Shown here piece after piece: positions 17,110 through 25,744 of a stretch of 32,831 nucleotides of DNA; within the stretch, counting starts at the first letter, position 1, and each line of letters opens with the position of its first letter. The DNA comes from an uncultured Fibrobacteraceae bacterium (lineage in GTDB: Bacteria > Krumholzibacteriota > Krumholzibacteriia > LZORAL124-64-63), in contig CAYLMM010000031.1 of the NCBI GenBank assembly GCA_964384825.1, forward strand, positions 1-32,831, given 5' to 3'. The position numbers and the translations under genes were made by a program. The notes under the pieces are model-generated. The model had not been told where the DNA came from. It worked only from the letters and a program-made list of their open reading frames with translations, and did not search any database.

Positions 17110-18485
17110 CGCAACCTCCTGGATCTGAGGTCGAAGATCGAGCCGGTGCCGATGTAGAACTGGGCGCCCTCGTCGCTCCAGGCGCCCTGGACCGACACCG
17201 AGGTCGGCCCGAGGCGCACGACCATCGCCAGTCCCATCGAGCGCTTCATCTCGTCGAGGTGCAGCGCGTCCCATTCGGGAACGGCGGCGCCCCATTCGGT
17301 GAAGATCCGACCCTGGATGTAGTTGCACAGGGGGTAGCGGTACTCGAGGGTCGCGAGCAGGATGTCCGCGCCGGTGAAGCGGTCGCGGTCGAAGCCGCGG
17401 CCGAGCCGGCGCCCGCCGAGGCGGCAGAATTCGGTGAACGGGATCTCGGTCGGGTCGTTGCGGCTCATGCCCTCGGCGTAGACGCGCAGCGCCAGGCTGC
17501 GGTTCTCGCGGTAGATGTCGGCGAAGAGTTGGGCCTCGGCGCTGTAATGGCGGTAGGCGTAGTTCCCGACCGAGCGGGCGTCGTTGGTGCCTCCGATCAG
17601 ACGCAGCAGGCCGCCCCGGGTGGAGAATTCGCCGTCGTTGCGGCGGTCGAACTCGATCCCCGCCTCGAGCCCCACGTAGTCGCTCTGTTCGGCTTTGGCG
17701 TAGAGATCGGGGAAGCCCTCGGAGATCCGGGGGCCGTGGCCGGGATCCTTCAGGGTGATCTCGCGCGCCCAGGCCGAACCGAACACCCGCACGCGCGGAT
17801 GGATCCGCCACCCGAGCGTGGTTTCGAGCAGCGAACGGCGTCTGCCGGTGTCGTGGCGCACGTCCGGCGCGTCCATCCCCAGGCCGTAGAACGGGACGTC
17901 GTCCTTGCGCTCGGAGCGGGCCACGACGTCGAAGTCGAACGGGCCCGAGGCGGTCTCCATCTCGAAGATCAGCAGGTTGTCCTCGGAGGTCAGGTAGCTG
18001 CCGCCGGCGGTGAAGTCGATGCCGGTGCCGAGCCAGTCCCGGGATTTCGCGCGCAGGCCGGCCACCGACCAGCCGAAGCCCGTCTCCCAGCCGAAGCTGG
18101 CCGCGATCTTCGTGTCCAGCGACGAGATGTTCCAGACCATCAGCTTCTTCAGCTTCCCGACCAGGTCGTAGGTGTCCTGGAGGCCGACCAGGTAGACGAT
18201 CGGCCGAAAAACGGTCTCGATTGCGATGTAGGGGACGAAGCCCAGTCCCGAGACGATGTCGCGCTGCCTGCCGCCGGCCCGGCCGAGGGGTTCGGCGGTG
18301 CCGCGCAACAGCTCGGGTCGGCCCGGCACCGGAGTCCGCACCGCGGCGGAATCCGGCCCCGCGCCGGCGGCTTCGATGGCGGATCCGGCGGCGGCCGAGT
18401 CGGCGGCGGCCGCCGCGCAAAGGGCGTCCGCCGGGGAAAGAGCGGCCGCGAACAGGACGGCCAGGACCAGCGCCGCGCGCGTCAT
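17106..18485 (-). CDS. Omp85-family (bacterial surface antigen D15 / TpsB / TamA-like) outer-membrane beta-barrel protein.
   Basis: The gene starts at the ATG at 18485 (MTRAALVLAVLFAAALSPADA, a signal peptide) with a GGGAGGA ribosome-binding site. The C-terminal barrel signature reads LGGRRLGRGFDRDRFTGADILLATLEYRYPL...GRIFTEWGAAV...MGLAMVVRLGPTSVSVQGAW, of the LGG..LRGF...G...E.R.P type. The stop overlaps the downstream ATG as ATGA. Confidence 0.7.
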   Translation of the reverse strand: MTRAALVLAVLFAAALSPADALCAAAAADSAAAGSAIEAAGAGPDSAAVRTPVPGRPELLRGTAEPLGRAGGRQRDIVSGLGFVPYIAIETVFRPIVYLVGLQDTYDLVGKLKKLMVWNISSLDTKIAASFGWETGFGWSVAGLRAKSRDWLGTGIDFTAGGSYLTSEDNLLIFEMETASGPFDFDVVARSERKDDVPFYGLGMDAPDVRHDTGRRRSLLETTLGWRIHPRVRVFGSAWAREITLKDPGHGPRISEGFPDLYAKAEQSDYVGLEAGIEFDRRNDGEFSTRGGLLRLIGGTNDARSVGNYAYRHYSAEAQLFADIYRENRSLALRVYAEGMSRNDPTEIPFTEFCRLGGRRLGRGFDRDRFTGADILLATLEYRYPLCNYIQGRIFTEWGAAVPEWDALHLDEMKRSMGLAMVVRLGPTSVSVQGAWSDEGAQFYIGTGSIFDLRSRRLR

Positions 18486-19840
18486 GCGGGATCCTCCCGC
18501 GTCAGGCGGCGGTGGCGGCGGGCGATGTCCACGACCAGCGCCAGCCACACGACGACCAGCGCCACGTTGGCCAGCGCGAACTGCCGGGTGGCGAAGCCGA
18601 AGCTCGTTCCCAGCAGCACCACGCCGGCCGATGCCACGTCGCCGGTGCGGACGAAGAAGGTGTCGATCGCCTGCTTGGCCTTGTACTTCGCCGCCCGGCT
18701 GGTGGGCAGGAACAAGGTCTGCCGCACCGTGTTCTGCAGCGAGTAGTCGGTGGAGTTCTCCATGATCTTGGCGATGCGGATGACGCCCAGCACGGCGCTG
18801 AAGGCCATCAGGGCGTAGCCGCCGATGGCGATCAGCGGCAGCACGAACAGGGCCTTGCGCACGCCGGCGTACTTCAGGATCCGCGAGACGGCGAACAGCT
18901 GCAGCGCCGCGCTCAGCAGGTTGACCCAGGTGAAGAACCCGGAGTAGAAGCCGCCGATCATCTGCTCCGCGTCGCCGCCGGAGGCCAGCGCCACCTCGGT
19001 GATCTTCGCCCCGAGGATGTACTCGCCGTTGGTGTTGACCACGTTGGTCACCAGCAGCATCAGGGCGATCGACAGCAGGTAGCGGTCGCGCAGGACCATC
19101 GTGAAACCCGAGGCGTCGTCGTCCGCGGCGGGGGAGCCGTCGGCGCCGGTCCCGGCCGTCTCGGCCCTCGGCGGCGCGGCTTCCCGCCGTTCCAGGGCCG
19201 CGCGCTCCCGCCGGCTCACGACGTTGATCAGCAGCATGCAGACGCCCAGCAGGCCGGCGGCGATCAGCATCATCTCGTAGGCGCCGATCCCGACCGCGAA
19301 CAGGCGGCCGGCGACCACCGCGCCGAGGATCGCGCCGAGCGAGCTGCCGAAGGCCACCAAAGGGAACAGGCGCTTGCCCTGCTCCTGGGTGTAGATGTCG
19401 TTGGCGAAGGACCAGGCCTGGGCGATGATCATCAGGCTGAAGATCCCGACCCAGAGGAAGAAGGCCACGCCCAGATAGGGAACGCCGGCCCGGGCCAGGA
19501 GGTAGAAGAGCGCCAGGTTGCCCATGAAGAACAGCGTGACCCGGTTGATCAGCCGGACGCGGTCGATGCGGTTGACCAGGGCGCTGTAGAGCGGAACGAT
19601 CCCGATCAGCAGCAGGGCCTGGCCGGCCGCGGCGTAGCTCTTCAGCTCGGCGCCGCCCCCCATCAGGATCAACGGTTCGCGGACGGTCTTGAGGATGTAG
19701 TAGGCGGTCAGCAGCAGGAACAGGTTCAGCATCAGCAGCAGGGCCGTGCCGGCTTCACCCGGGCGGACGGGCGTGAAAACCGAAAGCAGGCGGGATGCCC
19801 AGGGGGCACCGTTCGGCGTCGGGGCGTTCGATCGCTCCAT
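18482..19840 (-). CDS. Inner-membrane transporter resembling the TLC/NTT ATP:ADP antiporter (AAA) family. It could alternatively be an MFS-like transporter.
   Basis: The 452-aa product has about 11-12 transmembrane segments. Its first helix, ALLLMLNLFLLLTAYYILKTVREPLIL, matches the TLC-family hallmark (LL..F..Y.ILR/K....L). A GGAGGA ribosome-binding site lies 6 nt upstream of the ATG at 19840. The stop overlaps the next ATG as ATGA. Confidence 0.6.
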   Translation of the reverse strand: MERSNAPTPNGAPWASRLLSVFTPVRPGEAGTALLLMLNLFLLLTAYYILKTVREPLILMGGGAELKSYAAAGQALLLIGIVPLYSALVNRIDRVRLINRVTLFFMGNLALFYLLARAGVPYLGVAFFLWVGIFSLMIIAQAWSFANDIYTQEQGKRLFPLVAFGSSLGAILGAVVAGRLFAVGIGAYEMMLIAAGLLGVCMLLINVVSRRERAALERREAAPPRAETAGTGADGSPAADDDASGFTMVLRDRYLLSIALMLLVTNVVNTNGEYILGAKITEVALASGGDAEQMIGGFYSGFFTWVNLLSAALQLFAVSRILKYAGVRKALFVLPLIAIGGYALMAFSAVLGVIRIAKIMENSTDYSLQNTVRQTLFLPTSRAAKYKAKQAIDTFFVRTGDVASAGVVLLGTSFGFATRQFALANVALVVVWLALVVDIARRHRRLTREDPA

Positions 19841-20028
19841 GAAAGTCCTCCGTACGGGTTCCCAGCCCGTTTCAACCTAGCCATTCCGGCCCGGATTGCC
19901 TACAACTTTCCGCTGGCCGTTGGCGCGGGCGGGATCGGTGTGCTACCGTCGGGCCGACATCGTTGACGGCGCCGGCCGGCGGGAATTCCGAGCCGGGAAG
20001 CGCAACATCTTCCGCACCGAGGATCGTG

Positions 20029-21129
20029 ATGAAACAGGTATGGATCACCAGGGCGGGCGAGCCCGAGACGATGGCCGTGCGCGAGGCTCCCGATCCCGTC
20101 CCCGGCCGGGGCGAGGTCCGGATCCGCGTGCATGCCGCGGGCGTGAACTTCGCCGACGTCATGATGCGCTTGGGGATCTATCCCGACGCCCCCGCCCTGC
20201 CCGCGGTCCCCGGCTACGAGGCCGCTGGCGTGATCGACGCGGTCGGCGAGGGCGTCGACGACGGCCTGGTCGGAACCGGCGCGGTCGCCTTCCGGGCCTT
20301 CGGCTGCTACGCGGACGTGATCTGCGTGGACCGTCGCTTCGCCTTCCCGCTGCCCGAAGGAATGCCGGCCGCGGTCGGCGCCGGGCTGATCGTCAACTAC
20401 GTCACCGCCTGGCAGATGGTCGAGGCGATGGCTCCGGTGCGCGAGGGCATGACCGTGCTGATCCACGGCGCCGCCGGCGGGGTGGGCCTGGCCGCGGTCC
20501 AGCTCTGCCGCCGCCGCGGGGCCCGGATCCTGGGCTCGGCCTCGCCCGCCAAGCACGCCTTCCTGCGCGAGGCCGGGGTCGAGGCCGTCTTCGATTCCCG
20601 CCGCCGGCACTATGCGTCGTCGGTGCTCGCGGCCACCGGCGGGCTCGGCTGCGACGTGGTGCTCGAACCCCGCAACGGCCGCTGGATCGGCGAGAGCTAC
20701 GACTGCCTGGGCGCCACCGGGCGCCTGATCCTTTTCGGCTTCTCGGACGCCGCCGTCGGCAAGCGCGGCTCGAAGCTGGCCGCCCTGCGCACCCTGGCCT
20801 CGGTGCCGTGGCTGCGCCTGAACCCGATGCGGCTGATCAACGACAACCGTGGCGTGATGGGGGTCAACGTGGGCCGGCTCTGGGACCGGCGCGAGATGGT
20901 CGCCGGCTGGATCGCCGAGATCCTCGCCGGAGTCGAGCAGGGCTGGATCGCGCCGCGCATCGATCGCGGCTTCAGGCTCGAGGACGCCGCGAAGGCCCAT
21001 CACTTCCTGCAGGACAGGCGCAACGTCGGCAAGGTCGTGCTGCTGACCGGGGCGGGGCTCGCCGCCGGACCGGGTTGCCGGATGGACGGGGACGGAAACG
21101 GGAACGGAAACGGGGGGGAAGAGGCGTGA
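20029..21129 (+). CDS. NADPH:quinone oxidoreductase / zinc-type alcohol dehydrogenase-like (MDR superfamily).
   Basis: Motifs include GEVRIRVHAAGVNFADV, PAVPGYEAAGVIDAVG and the Rossmann motif VLIHGAAGGVGLAAVQL. The ATG at 20029 has a GAGGA ribosome-binding site 5 nt upstream. The C-terminal tail is low-complexity (GDGNGNGNGGEEA). Confidence 0.85.
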   Translation: MKQVWITRAGEPETMAVREAPDPVPGRGEVRIRVHAAGVNFADVMMRLGIYPDAPALPAVPGYEAAGVIDAVGEGVDDGLVGTGAVAFRAFGCYADVICVDRRFAFPLPEGMPAAVGAGLIVNYVTAWQMVEAMAPVREGMTVLIHGAAGGVGLAAVQLCRRRGARILGSASPAKHAFLREAGVEAVFDSRRRHYASSVLAATGGLGCDVVLEPRNGRWIGESYDCLGATGRLILFGFSDAAVGKRGSKLAALRTLASVPWLRLNPMRLINDNRGVMGVNVGRLWDRREMVAGWIAEILAGVEQGWIAPRIDRGFRLEDAAKAHHFLQDRRNVGKVVLLTGAGLAAGPGCRMDGDGNGNGNGGEEA

Positions 21130-21866
21130 AGATCTCGGCCGTGCTGATAACCCGCGACGCCGCAGCTCATCTGGAAGGCTGCCTGGCCTCGCTCGATTTC
21201 GCCGACGAGATCGTGGTCCTGGACCAGAACAGCTCCGACGGCACCGTCGCGATCGCCGAGAGGATGGGAGCGAAGGTCCACCAGGGAGTCTGGCGCGGCT
21301 TCGGGCCCACCAAGCGCGCGGCGGTCGATCTGGCCCGCAACCGCTGGATCCTGAGCATCGACGCCGACGAGGAGGTCACGCCCGAGCTGAGGGAGGCGAT
21401 CCTGGCCCTGCCCGCAGCCCCGCCCGAAGCCGCGTTCGCGATCAACCGCCTCTCGCGTTTTTTGGGCCGATGGATGCGGCATTGCGGCTGGCATCCCGAC
21501 TGGGTGGTCCGCCTCTTCGACCGCGAACGGGCCGGATTCGACGAGAAGATGGTCCACGAATCCGTGCGGACCGAGGGGTCGGTCGGCAGGCTCGACGGCC
21601 TGCTGCGGCATTACACCTACGACAACCTCGAACAGTACCTGGACAAGGTGAACCGATACACGACCCTGTCGGCCGAGGCCGCCTACGACGCCGGCCGTCG
21701 CGTCACCCCGATCGGCGCTCTTGTGCGGGGCAAGCTGACCTTCGTGCGCTTCTTCGTGCTGCGCCGCGGTTTCCTCGACGGTTGGCACGGGCTGCTGCTG
21801 AGCCTCTGCTCGGCCTGGGGCGTCTTCGTGAAATACGTGAAGATCTGGTGGAAGGGGCGCTCGTGA
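21126..21866 (+). CDS. Family-2 glycosyltransferase (KdtX/WaaE-like, LPS core or cell-envelope glycosylation). GTG start.
   Basis: The N-terminus VKISAVLITRDAAAHLEGCLASL is a typical GT2 start. A DxD region is present (ILSIDADEEV). The GTG overlaps the upstream stop as GTGA, and a GGAAGAGG ribosome-binding site is present. The track shows this gene fused to a 400-aa Arg-rich shadow ORF. Confidence 0.8.
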   Translation: MKISAVLITRDAAAHLEGCLASLDFADEIVVLDQNSSDGTVAIAERMGAKVHQGVWRGFGPTKRAAVDLARNRWILSIDADEEVTPELREAILALPAAPPEAAFAINRLSRFLGRWMRHCGWHPDWVVRLFDRERAGFDEKMVHESVRTEGSVGRLDGLLRHYTYDNLEQYLDKVNRYTTLSAEAAYDAGRRVTPIGALVRGKLTFVRFFVLRRGFLDGWHGLLLSLCSAWGVFVKYVKIWWKGRS

Positions 21867-21925
21867 ATCGACCGGCGAGCGCCGGCGCGATGCGCGGAAG
21901 ATCGCAATTATCCGGAGGATGGAGA

Positions 21926-23065
21926 ATGCGCGCGAGAATCCTGTTTCTGATCTGCTGCTGCCTGGCCGTCGCGGCCGTCGTTCCCGCCGCCGCGCGTCCG
22001 CCGCAGGTTCCCGCCGAGGCGGCCGCGGTCCAGGAACAGCTGCTGGGCGACGTGCGCGCCCGCATCGCCGACGCCCGCCGGCTGAACGGGCATAAATACG
22101 CTCCGGCGGCCTATAGCGAGGCCCGGACGGCTCTGGCCGCGGCCGAAGAGGCCGTCGCCGCCGATTTCGCGGCCGCCCGCGACGGAGCCTGCGCCGCCGA
22201 GATCCGCGCCGCCCGGATCGCCGCCTCCGCCTTCTACGCCAAGGCCGCATTCATCGAGGAACTGCGCGACTACCGCTACGGTTGGGAAGAGGCCGTGGAC
22301 CGCTACGAATCCCTGGTGAACGACGTGGCCGTGGTTTCCGGCATCCGGCTCGATCCCTTCCTGGGCGGATCGGCCGCCGCCGGCGCCGTCGTGGATTCGC
22401 TGACCGCCCGGCGGGGCCGCACCCGCGCCCTGCTCGATTCCCTCTCGCGGGAGAACGAGATGCTGCGCCTGCGGACGACGACCGAAGGGGCGGTCCAGGA
22501 CACGGTGATCGCGGGCCTGCGGGCCGAGTTGGGGGAACTGCGCAGCCGCCTCTGGGAGATGGAGCTGCGCGCCGGCGTGGCCGAGGCCGATCGATCGGCC
22601 GCCGAGGAGGTCCTGCGGCGCAACCGGCTGCGCGAGGAGCAGGTCGCCGGGCTGGTGGGATTGTTCACGCCCGACGAGGGGGAGATCCTGCTGACGCCCG
22701 AGGGGGACGTGCGCATCAGGCTGACGGGTCTGGGTTTCGCGGTGGGCAGCGCCTGGCTGGGATCGAAACAGCAGCCCCTGCTGGCCAAGCTGCACGAGGC
22801 GGTCAAGCGCTTCCCGGGCGCTCCGCTGCGGGTCGAGGGCCACACCGACGACACCGGGCCGCGCGACGTGAACCTCGATCTGTCGCTGCGCCGGGCCGCG
22901 GCGGTGGCCAAGGATCTGGCCGGGAAACTGGGCGTCGATCCGGCCGGCATCGCGACCCGGGGGCTGGGACCGGATCGTCCGACGGCCACCAACGCCACGG
23001 CCGAGGGCCGGGCCCTGAACCGGCGGATCGAGGTCGTGATCCTGGCGGCGGACAAGGTCGAATAG
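21926..23065 (+). CDS. OmpA-family protein with an N-terminal signal peptide, a long coiled-coil region and a C-terminal OmpA/MotB peptidoglycan-binding domain.
   Basis: The gene starts at the ATG at 21926 (MRARILFLICCCLAVAAVVPAAA) with a GGAGGA ribosome-binding site 6 nt upstream. The C-terminus reads LRVEGHTDDTGPRDVNLDLSLRRAAAVAKDL...NRRIEVVI. Confidence 0.85.
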   Translation: MRARILFLICCCLAVAAVVPAAARPPQVPAEAAAVQEQLLGDVRARIADARRLNGHKYAPAAYSEARTALAAAEEAVAADFAAARDGACAAEIRAARIAASAFYAKAAFIEELRDYRYGWEEAVDRYESLVNDVAVVSGIRLDPFLGGSAAAGAVVDSLTARRGRTRALLDSLSRENEMLRLRTTTEGAVQDTVIAGLRAELGELRSRLWEMELRAGVAEADRSAAEEVLRRNRLREEQVAGLVGLFTPDEGEILLTPEGDVRIRLTGLGFAVGSAWLGSKQQPLLAKLHEAVKRFPGAPLRVEGHTDDTGPRDVNLDLSLRRAAAVAKDLAGKLGVDPAGIATRGLGPDRPTATNATAEGRALNRRIEVVILAADKVE

Positions 23066-23072
23066 CCGCGGG

Positions 23073-23660
23073 TCAGGGCGCCCGCCGCGGAGGTTCGGGG
23101 CTCTCCTTGAGGATGTCGGCCACGGCCTTGAAGTCTTCTGTCCGGGCGACCCTCAGGATCTCGAACATGATCATCTCGGCGCTCATCACCTGGACGCCGG
23201 CGTCGCGCATGCGCGCGATCCCCAGCACGCGGTCCGATGTCCGGCGCGACGAGACCGCGTCGGCGGCCAGGATCACCTGGTACCCTTCCCTTTTCAGGTC
23301 GAGGGCCGTCTGATAGACGCAGATGTGGGATTCGATCCCGCACAGCACGACCTGGTCGCGCCGCGACCCCTCCAGCCGCGACATGAAGCCCGGATCCCCG
23401 GCGCAGGAGAAGTGGATCTTCTCGACGACCTCGCGGCCGCGATGCAGTGCGGCCAGCTCGGGCACCGTGCGGCCCAGCTTGGCGGGGTAGTGCTCGGTGA
23501 CCGTGACCGGCAGGTCCAGGCGGTCGCAGAAGCGCATCAGGCGCGAGCAGTTCGCAATCACGCAGGCCATGCCGTGGATGTGGCGGCGGAAGGGCTCCTG
23601 CATGTCGATCACCGTCAGCAGGACGCGGGATTTCTCGATCCGGTCGGCGATGGCGGCCAT
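23073..23660 (-). CDS. Isochorismatase-family cysteine hydrolase.
   Basis: The 195-aa product contains LLTVIDMQEPF and the catalytic Cys motif VVLCGIESHICV. A GAGGAGAA ribosome-binding site is present. Confidence 0.9.
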   Translation of the reverse strand: MAAIADRIEKSRVLLTVIDMQEPFRRHIHGMACVIANCSRLMRFCDRLDLPVTVTEHYPAKLGRTVPELAALHRGREVVEKIHFSCAGDPGFMSRLEGSRRDQVVLCGIESHICVYQTALDLKREGYQVILAADAVSSRRTSDRVLGIARMRDAGVQVMSAEMIMFEILRVARTEDFKAVADILKESPEPPRRAP

Positions 23661-23691
23661 GGTTCTCCTCGGGATGCGCCGGTCTCCGGAC

Positions 23692-24891
23692 CTACTGCCG
23701 GCGCGGCGCCCGGTAGCTGCCGCAGGGGTCGACGGTCTCGGCGTAGGGGCCGCGCCAGCCCTGCTCGAAGAAGGCGATCAGCCGCGAGGCCCCGGCCACC
23801 CCGTCCCCGAACAGGCTCACGTTGCGCGACTGGTGGAAGTAGTCCTCGGCCCAGTTGGCCGTTCCGATCCAGAACCGGCCGCGGTCGGCCACCAGATACT
23901 TGGCGTGCTCGACCCGGGCGTAGGGCACGAATCCCCCCGACCACTGCGGGATGTTCGTGAAGCGGATCTCGACGTTCGGCAGCACCGCCAGGCTCTGGAT
24001 CCACGGCAGCATATAACTGCGTTTCGACCAGTTGGCCAGGATGATCCGCACCTGCACCCCGCGGGCGGCGGCCCGGCGCAGGGCGTTGTCCAGGGTGAAG
24101 TAGACGGTGTTGTCGCGGTTGCCGGGATTGTAGCTCAGCAACTGCAGGCGCAGGGTCTCCCGCGCGCCGTCGATCATCTCGACCAGCAGGGGCTCGTCGT
24201 GCGGGACGCCCGGCGGCAGGGCGGCGGGCGGACTGGCCGCCAGGCGGAGGCCGATCGAATCCCCGTCGGCGACCGCCAGGCGGAACGGGCCGGACGCGAT
24301 TTCGGCCGCCGGCGGCTCTTCGCCTCCGGCCAGCGCCCAGTCGGTCGCGAAGACAGCGGCCAGCGCGGCGGTCAGGCCGGGATGGCCCACGCGCGCGCCC
24401 AGTTCGCGGATCTGGACCAGCGCGCGCCAGTCCCAGTTCTGGCTGCCGACGTAGAACTCGCGGCCGTCGACCAGGAAGAATTTGGCGTGCTGGACCCCGC
24501 CCCAGAGCGCGCGGGCGTCCAGGGCGCGGGCTTCGGCTCCGGGCAGCGCCCCGATGCGGTCGTAGACGTCGGAGTAGGTGCGCAGGAATCCCTTGTCGCC
24601 GATCGCCCGGATCCTCACCCCGCGCTCCGCGGCGGCGGCCAGGGCTTCGATCACCGCGTCCAGCGCGTCTTCGGGGTCGTCGGGATCCTGGCTGAAGTAG
24701 AAACTCTCGATGTCGATCGATTCGGTCGCGCCGCGGATCATCTCGAGCCAGACACCGGGGGCGTCGGGCATCGAATCCAGACCGTAGACGGTTTCTGCGG
24801 GGACGCTCTCGACAGGAGTCAATTGCGCCGTCGCCGTCGTGGCCAGCAGCGCCAGCAGGACCAAGGTCATCGCGGCAGGGTTCGGTCGCAT
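23692..24891 (-). CDS. Secreted phospholipase D superfamily protein with two HKD motifs.
   Basis: The gene starts at the ATG at 24891 (MRPNPAAMTLVLLALLATTATAQ, a signal peptide) with a GGAGGT ribosome-binding site 6 nt upstream. The two HKD motifs are HAKFFLVDGREFYVGSQNW and HAKYLVADRGRFWIGTANW. It lies 32 nt upstream of the isochorismatase gene, so an operon is likely. Confidence 0.85.
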   Translation of the reverse strand: MRPNPAAMTLVLLALLATTATAQLTPVESVPAETVYGLDSMPDAPGVWLEMIRGATESIDIESFYFSQDPDDPEDALDAVIEALAAAAERGVRIRAIGDKGFLRTYSDVYDRIGALPGAEARALDARALWGGVQHAKFFLVDGREFYVGSQNWDWRALVQIRELGARVGHPGLTAALAAVFATDWALAGGEEPPAAEIASGPFRLAVADGDSIGLRLAASPPAALPPGVPHDEPLLVEMIDGARETLRLQLLSYNPGNRDNTVYFTLDNALRRAAARGVQVRIILANWSKRSYMLPWIQSLAVLPNVEIRFTNIPQWSGGFVPYARVEHAKYLVADRGRFWIGTANWAEDYFHQSRNVSLFGDGVAGASRLIAFFEQGWRGPYAETVDPCGSYRAPRRQ

Positions 24892-25282
24892 TCCATACCT
24901 CCATGAGAGTATTTCGAGTGCCACGATAGCACGTTGCCGGCCTTGATCCAATGCATTGTGTTGAAACGTTTTCCGGGATCGCCTGCGACTTGGGCGCAAC
25001 CGATTCCGGCGCGTGACCGGCCGGCCTCTATTTAATCTTGCCGAAGGAGCGTAATTTTCAGATCGTACGCTGGCTCGAACGCTCGGACCGCGGTGGCTGG
25101 CGGGGGTGCGATCCATCCCCGGCAGGAGCTTCCCCGCCGCTGTCGCATGAGCGGGAAGAACAACGATTCGTTCAACCAACCCGGGTCCGGCGGGCGAATC
25201 CGGGCGCAGGAAGCGCGCCTCGGGCCGGCAGGATCCACGAGGGGGCGGTACTTCACCGACACTCTTGTCAAGGAGGTGGGCC

Positions 25283-25681
25283 ATGGGCGCCACCGGATTC
25301 GGTCCTCACCTGATGCTGGATCTCAACGGCTGCGACGTTGCGCGGCTGAACGATCTGGACCTCTGCTTCAAGGTCCTGAACGAGCTGCCCGATCACATCG
25401 GGATGACCAAGATCACCCAACCCCACGTGTTCCGGTACAGCGGGGTTGTGCCCGAGGATGAAGGCATCACCGGCGTGGTGATCATCGCGGAGAGCCACAT
25501 CTCCTTGCACACCTTTCCCCGGAAGAAATACGCCTTCCTGGACGTTTTCTCGTGCAAGCCGTTCGACATCGCACTGGGACGGGATTATCTGATCGAGGCC
25601 TTCGCCTCGCAGGATCCCGAGGTTTTCGTCGTCGAACGGGGAGCCAAGTTCCGCCGATCCGAGATCAGGGCTTCCGCCTGA
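25283..25681 (+). CDS. speH: S-adenosylmethionine decarboxylase proenzyme (small prokaryotic class 1 form).
   Basis: The 132-aa product contains GVVIIAESHISLHTFP, the pyruvoyl-forming ES cleavage site. An AAGGAGGTG ribosome-binding site lies upstream. Confidence 0.9.
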   Translation: MGATGFGPHLMLDLNGCDVARLNDLDLCFKVLNELPDHIGMTKITQPHVFRYSGVVPEDEGITGVVIIAESHISLHTFPRKKYAFLDVFSCKPFDIALGRDYLIEAFASQDPEVFVVERGAKFRRSEIRASA

Positions 25682-25744
25682 CCGGACCGGCCAGCGTCTG
25701 ACGTCCAAGCCCGGCGCCGCGTCGACGCCGGCGGAAGGATTTCC

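Noticed and set aside
15499-18746. Plus-strand ORFs 15499..17157, 17046..18746 and 18221..19966, and minus-strand ORF 15509..17035, across the three-gene operon.
   Set aside because: They are antisense or off-frame shadows. The products are dominated by R/G/A/P/D with no motifs.
21075-21125. Tandem ggaaacgggaac repeats that could be mistaken for a mini CRISPR or VNTR array.
   Set aside because: There are only about 3 short units, and they are coding (a Gly-Asn tail of the oxidoreductase). There are no spacers, no leader and no cas genes.
19896-22250. ORFs 19896..21866 (plus, 656 aa), 19900..21003 (minus) and 21000..22250 (minus).
   Set aside because: The 656-aa ORF is the +1 frame of the quinone oxidoreductase fused upstream of the real GT2 gene, which starts at GTG 21126. 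The minus-strand ORFs are antisense junk.
22282-24906. ORFs 22282..23313 (plus), 22303..23343 (minus), 23497..24906 (plus), 23615..24904 (minus) and 23325..23960 (plus).
   Set aside because: They are shadows of the OmpA, isochorismatase and PLD genes with low-complexity translations. The real frames carry OmpA, catalytic-Cys and HKD motifs.
25258-25282. The sequence ctcttgtcaaggaggtgg resembles the 5' start of a SAM-I riboswitch (CTCTTATCAAGAGAGGTGG).
   Set aside because: It sits only 5 nt before the speH ATG, leaving no room for an aptamer. It is simply the AAGGAGGTG ribosome-binding site.
25038-25461. Small ORFs in the speH leader: 25038..25313 (plus), 25093..25461 (plus) and 25032..25271 (minus).
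   Set aside because: They have no ribosome-binding sites and Arg/Gly/Pro-rich products, and 25093..25461 runs into speH in another frame. The region is treated as a non-coding leader.
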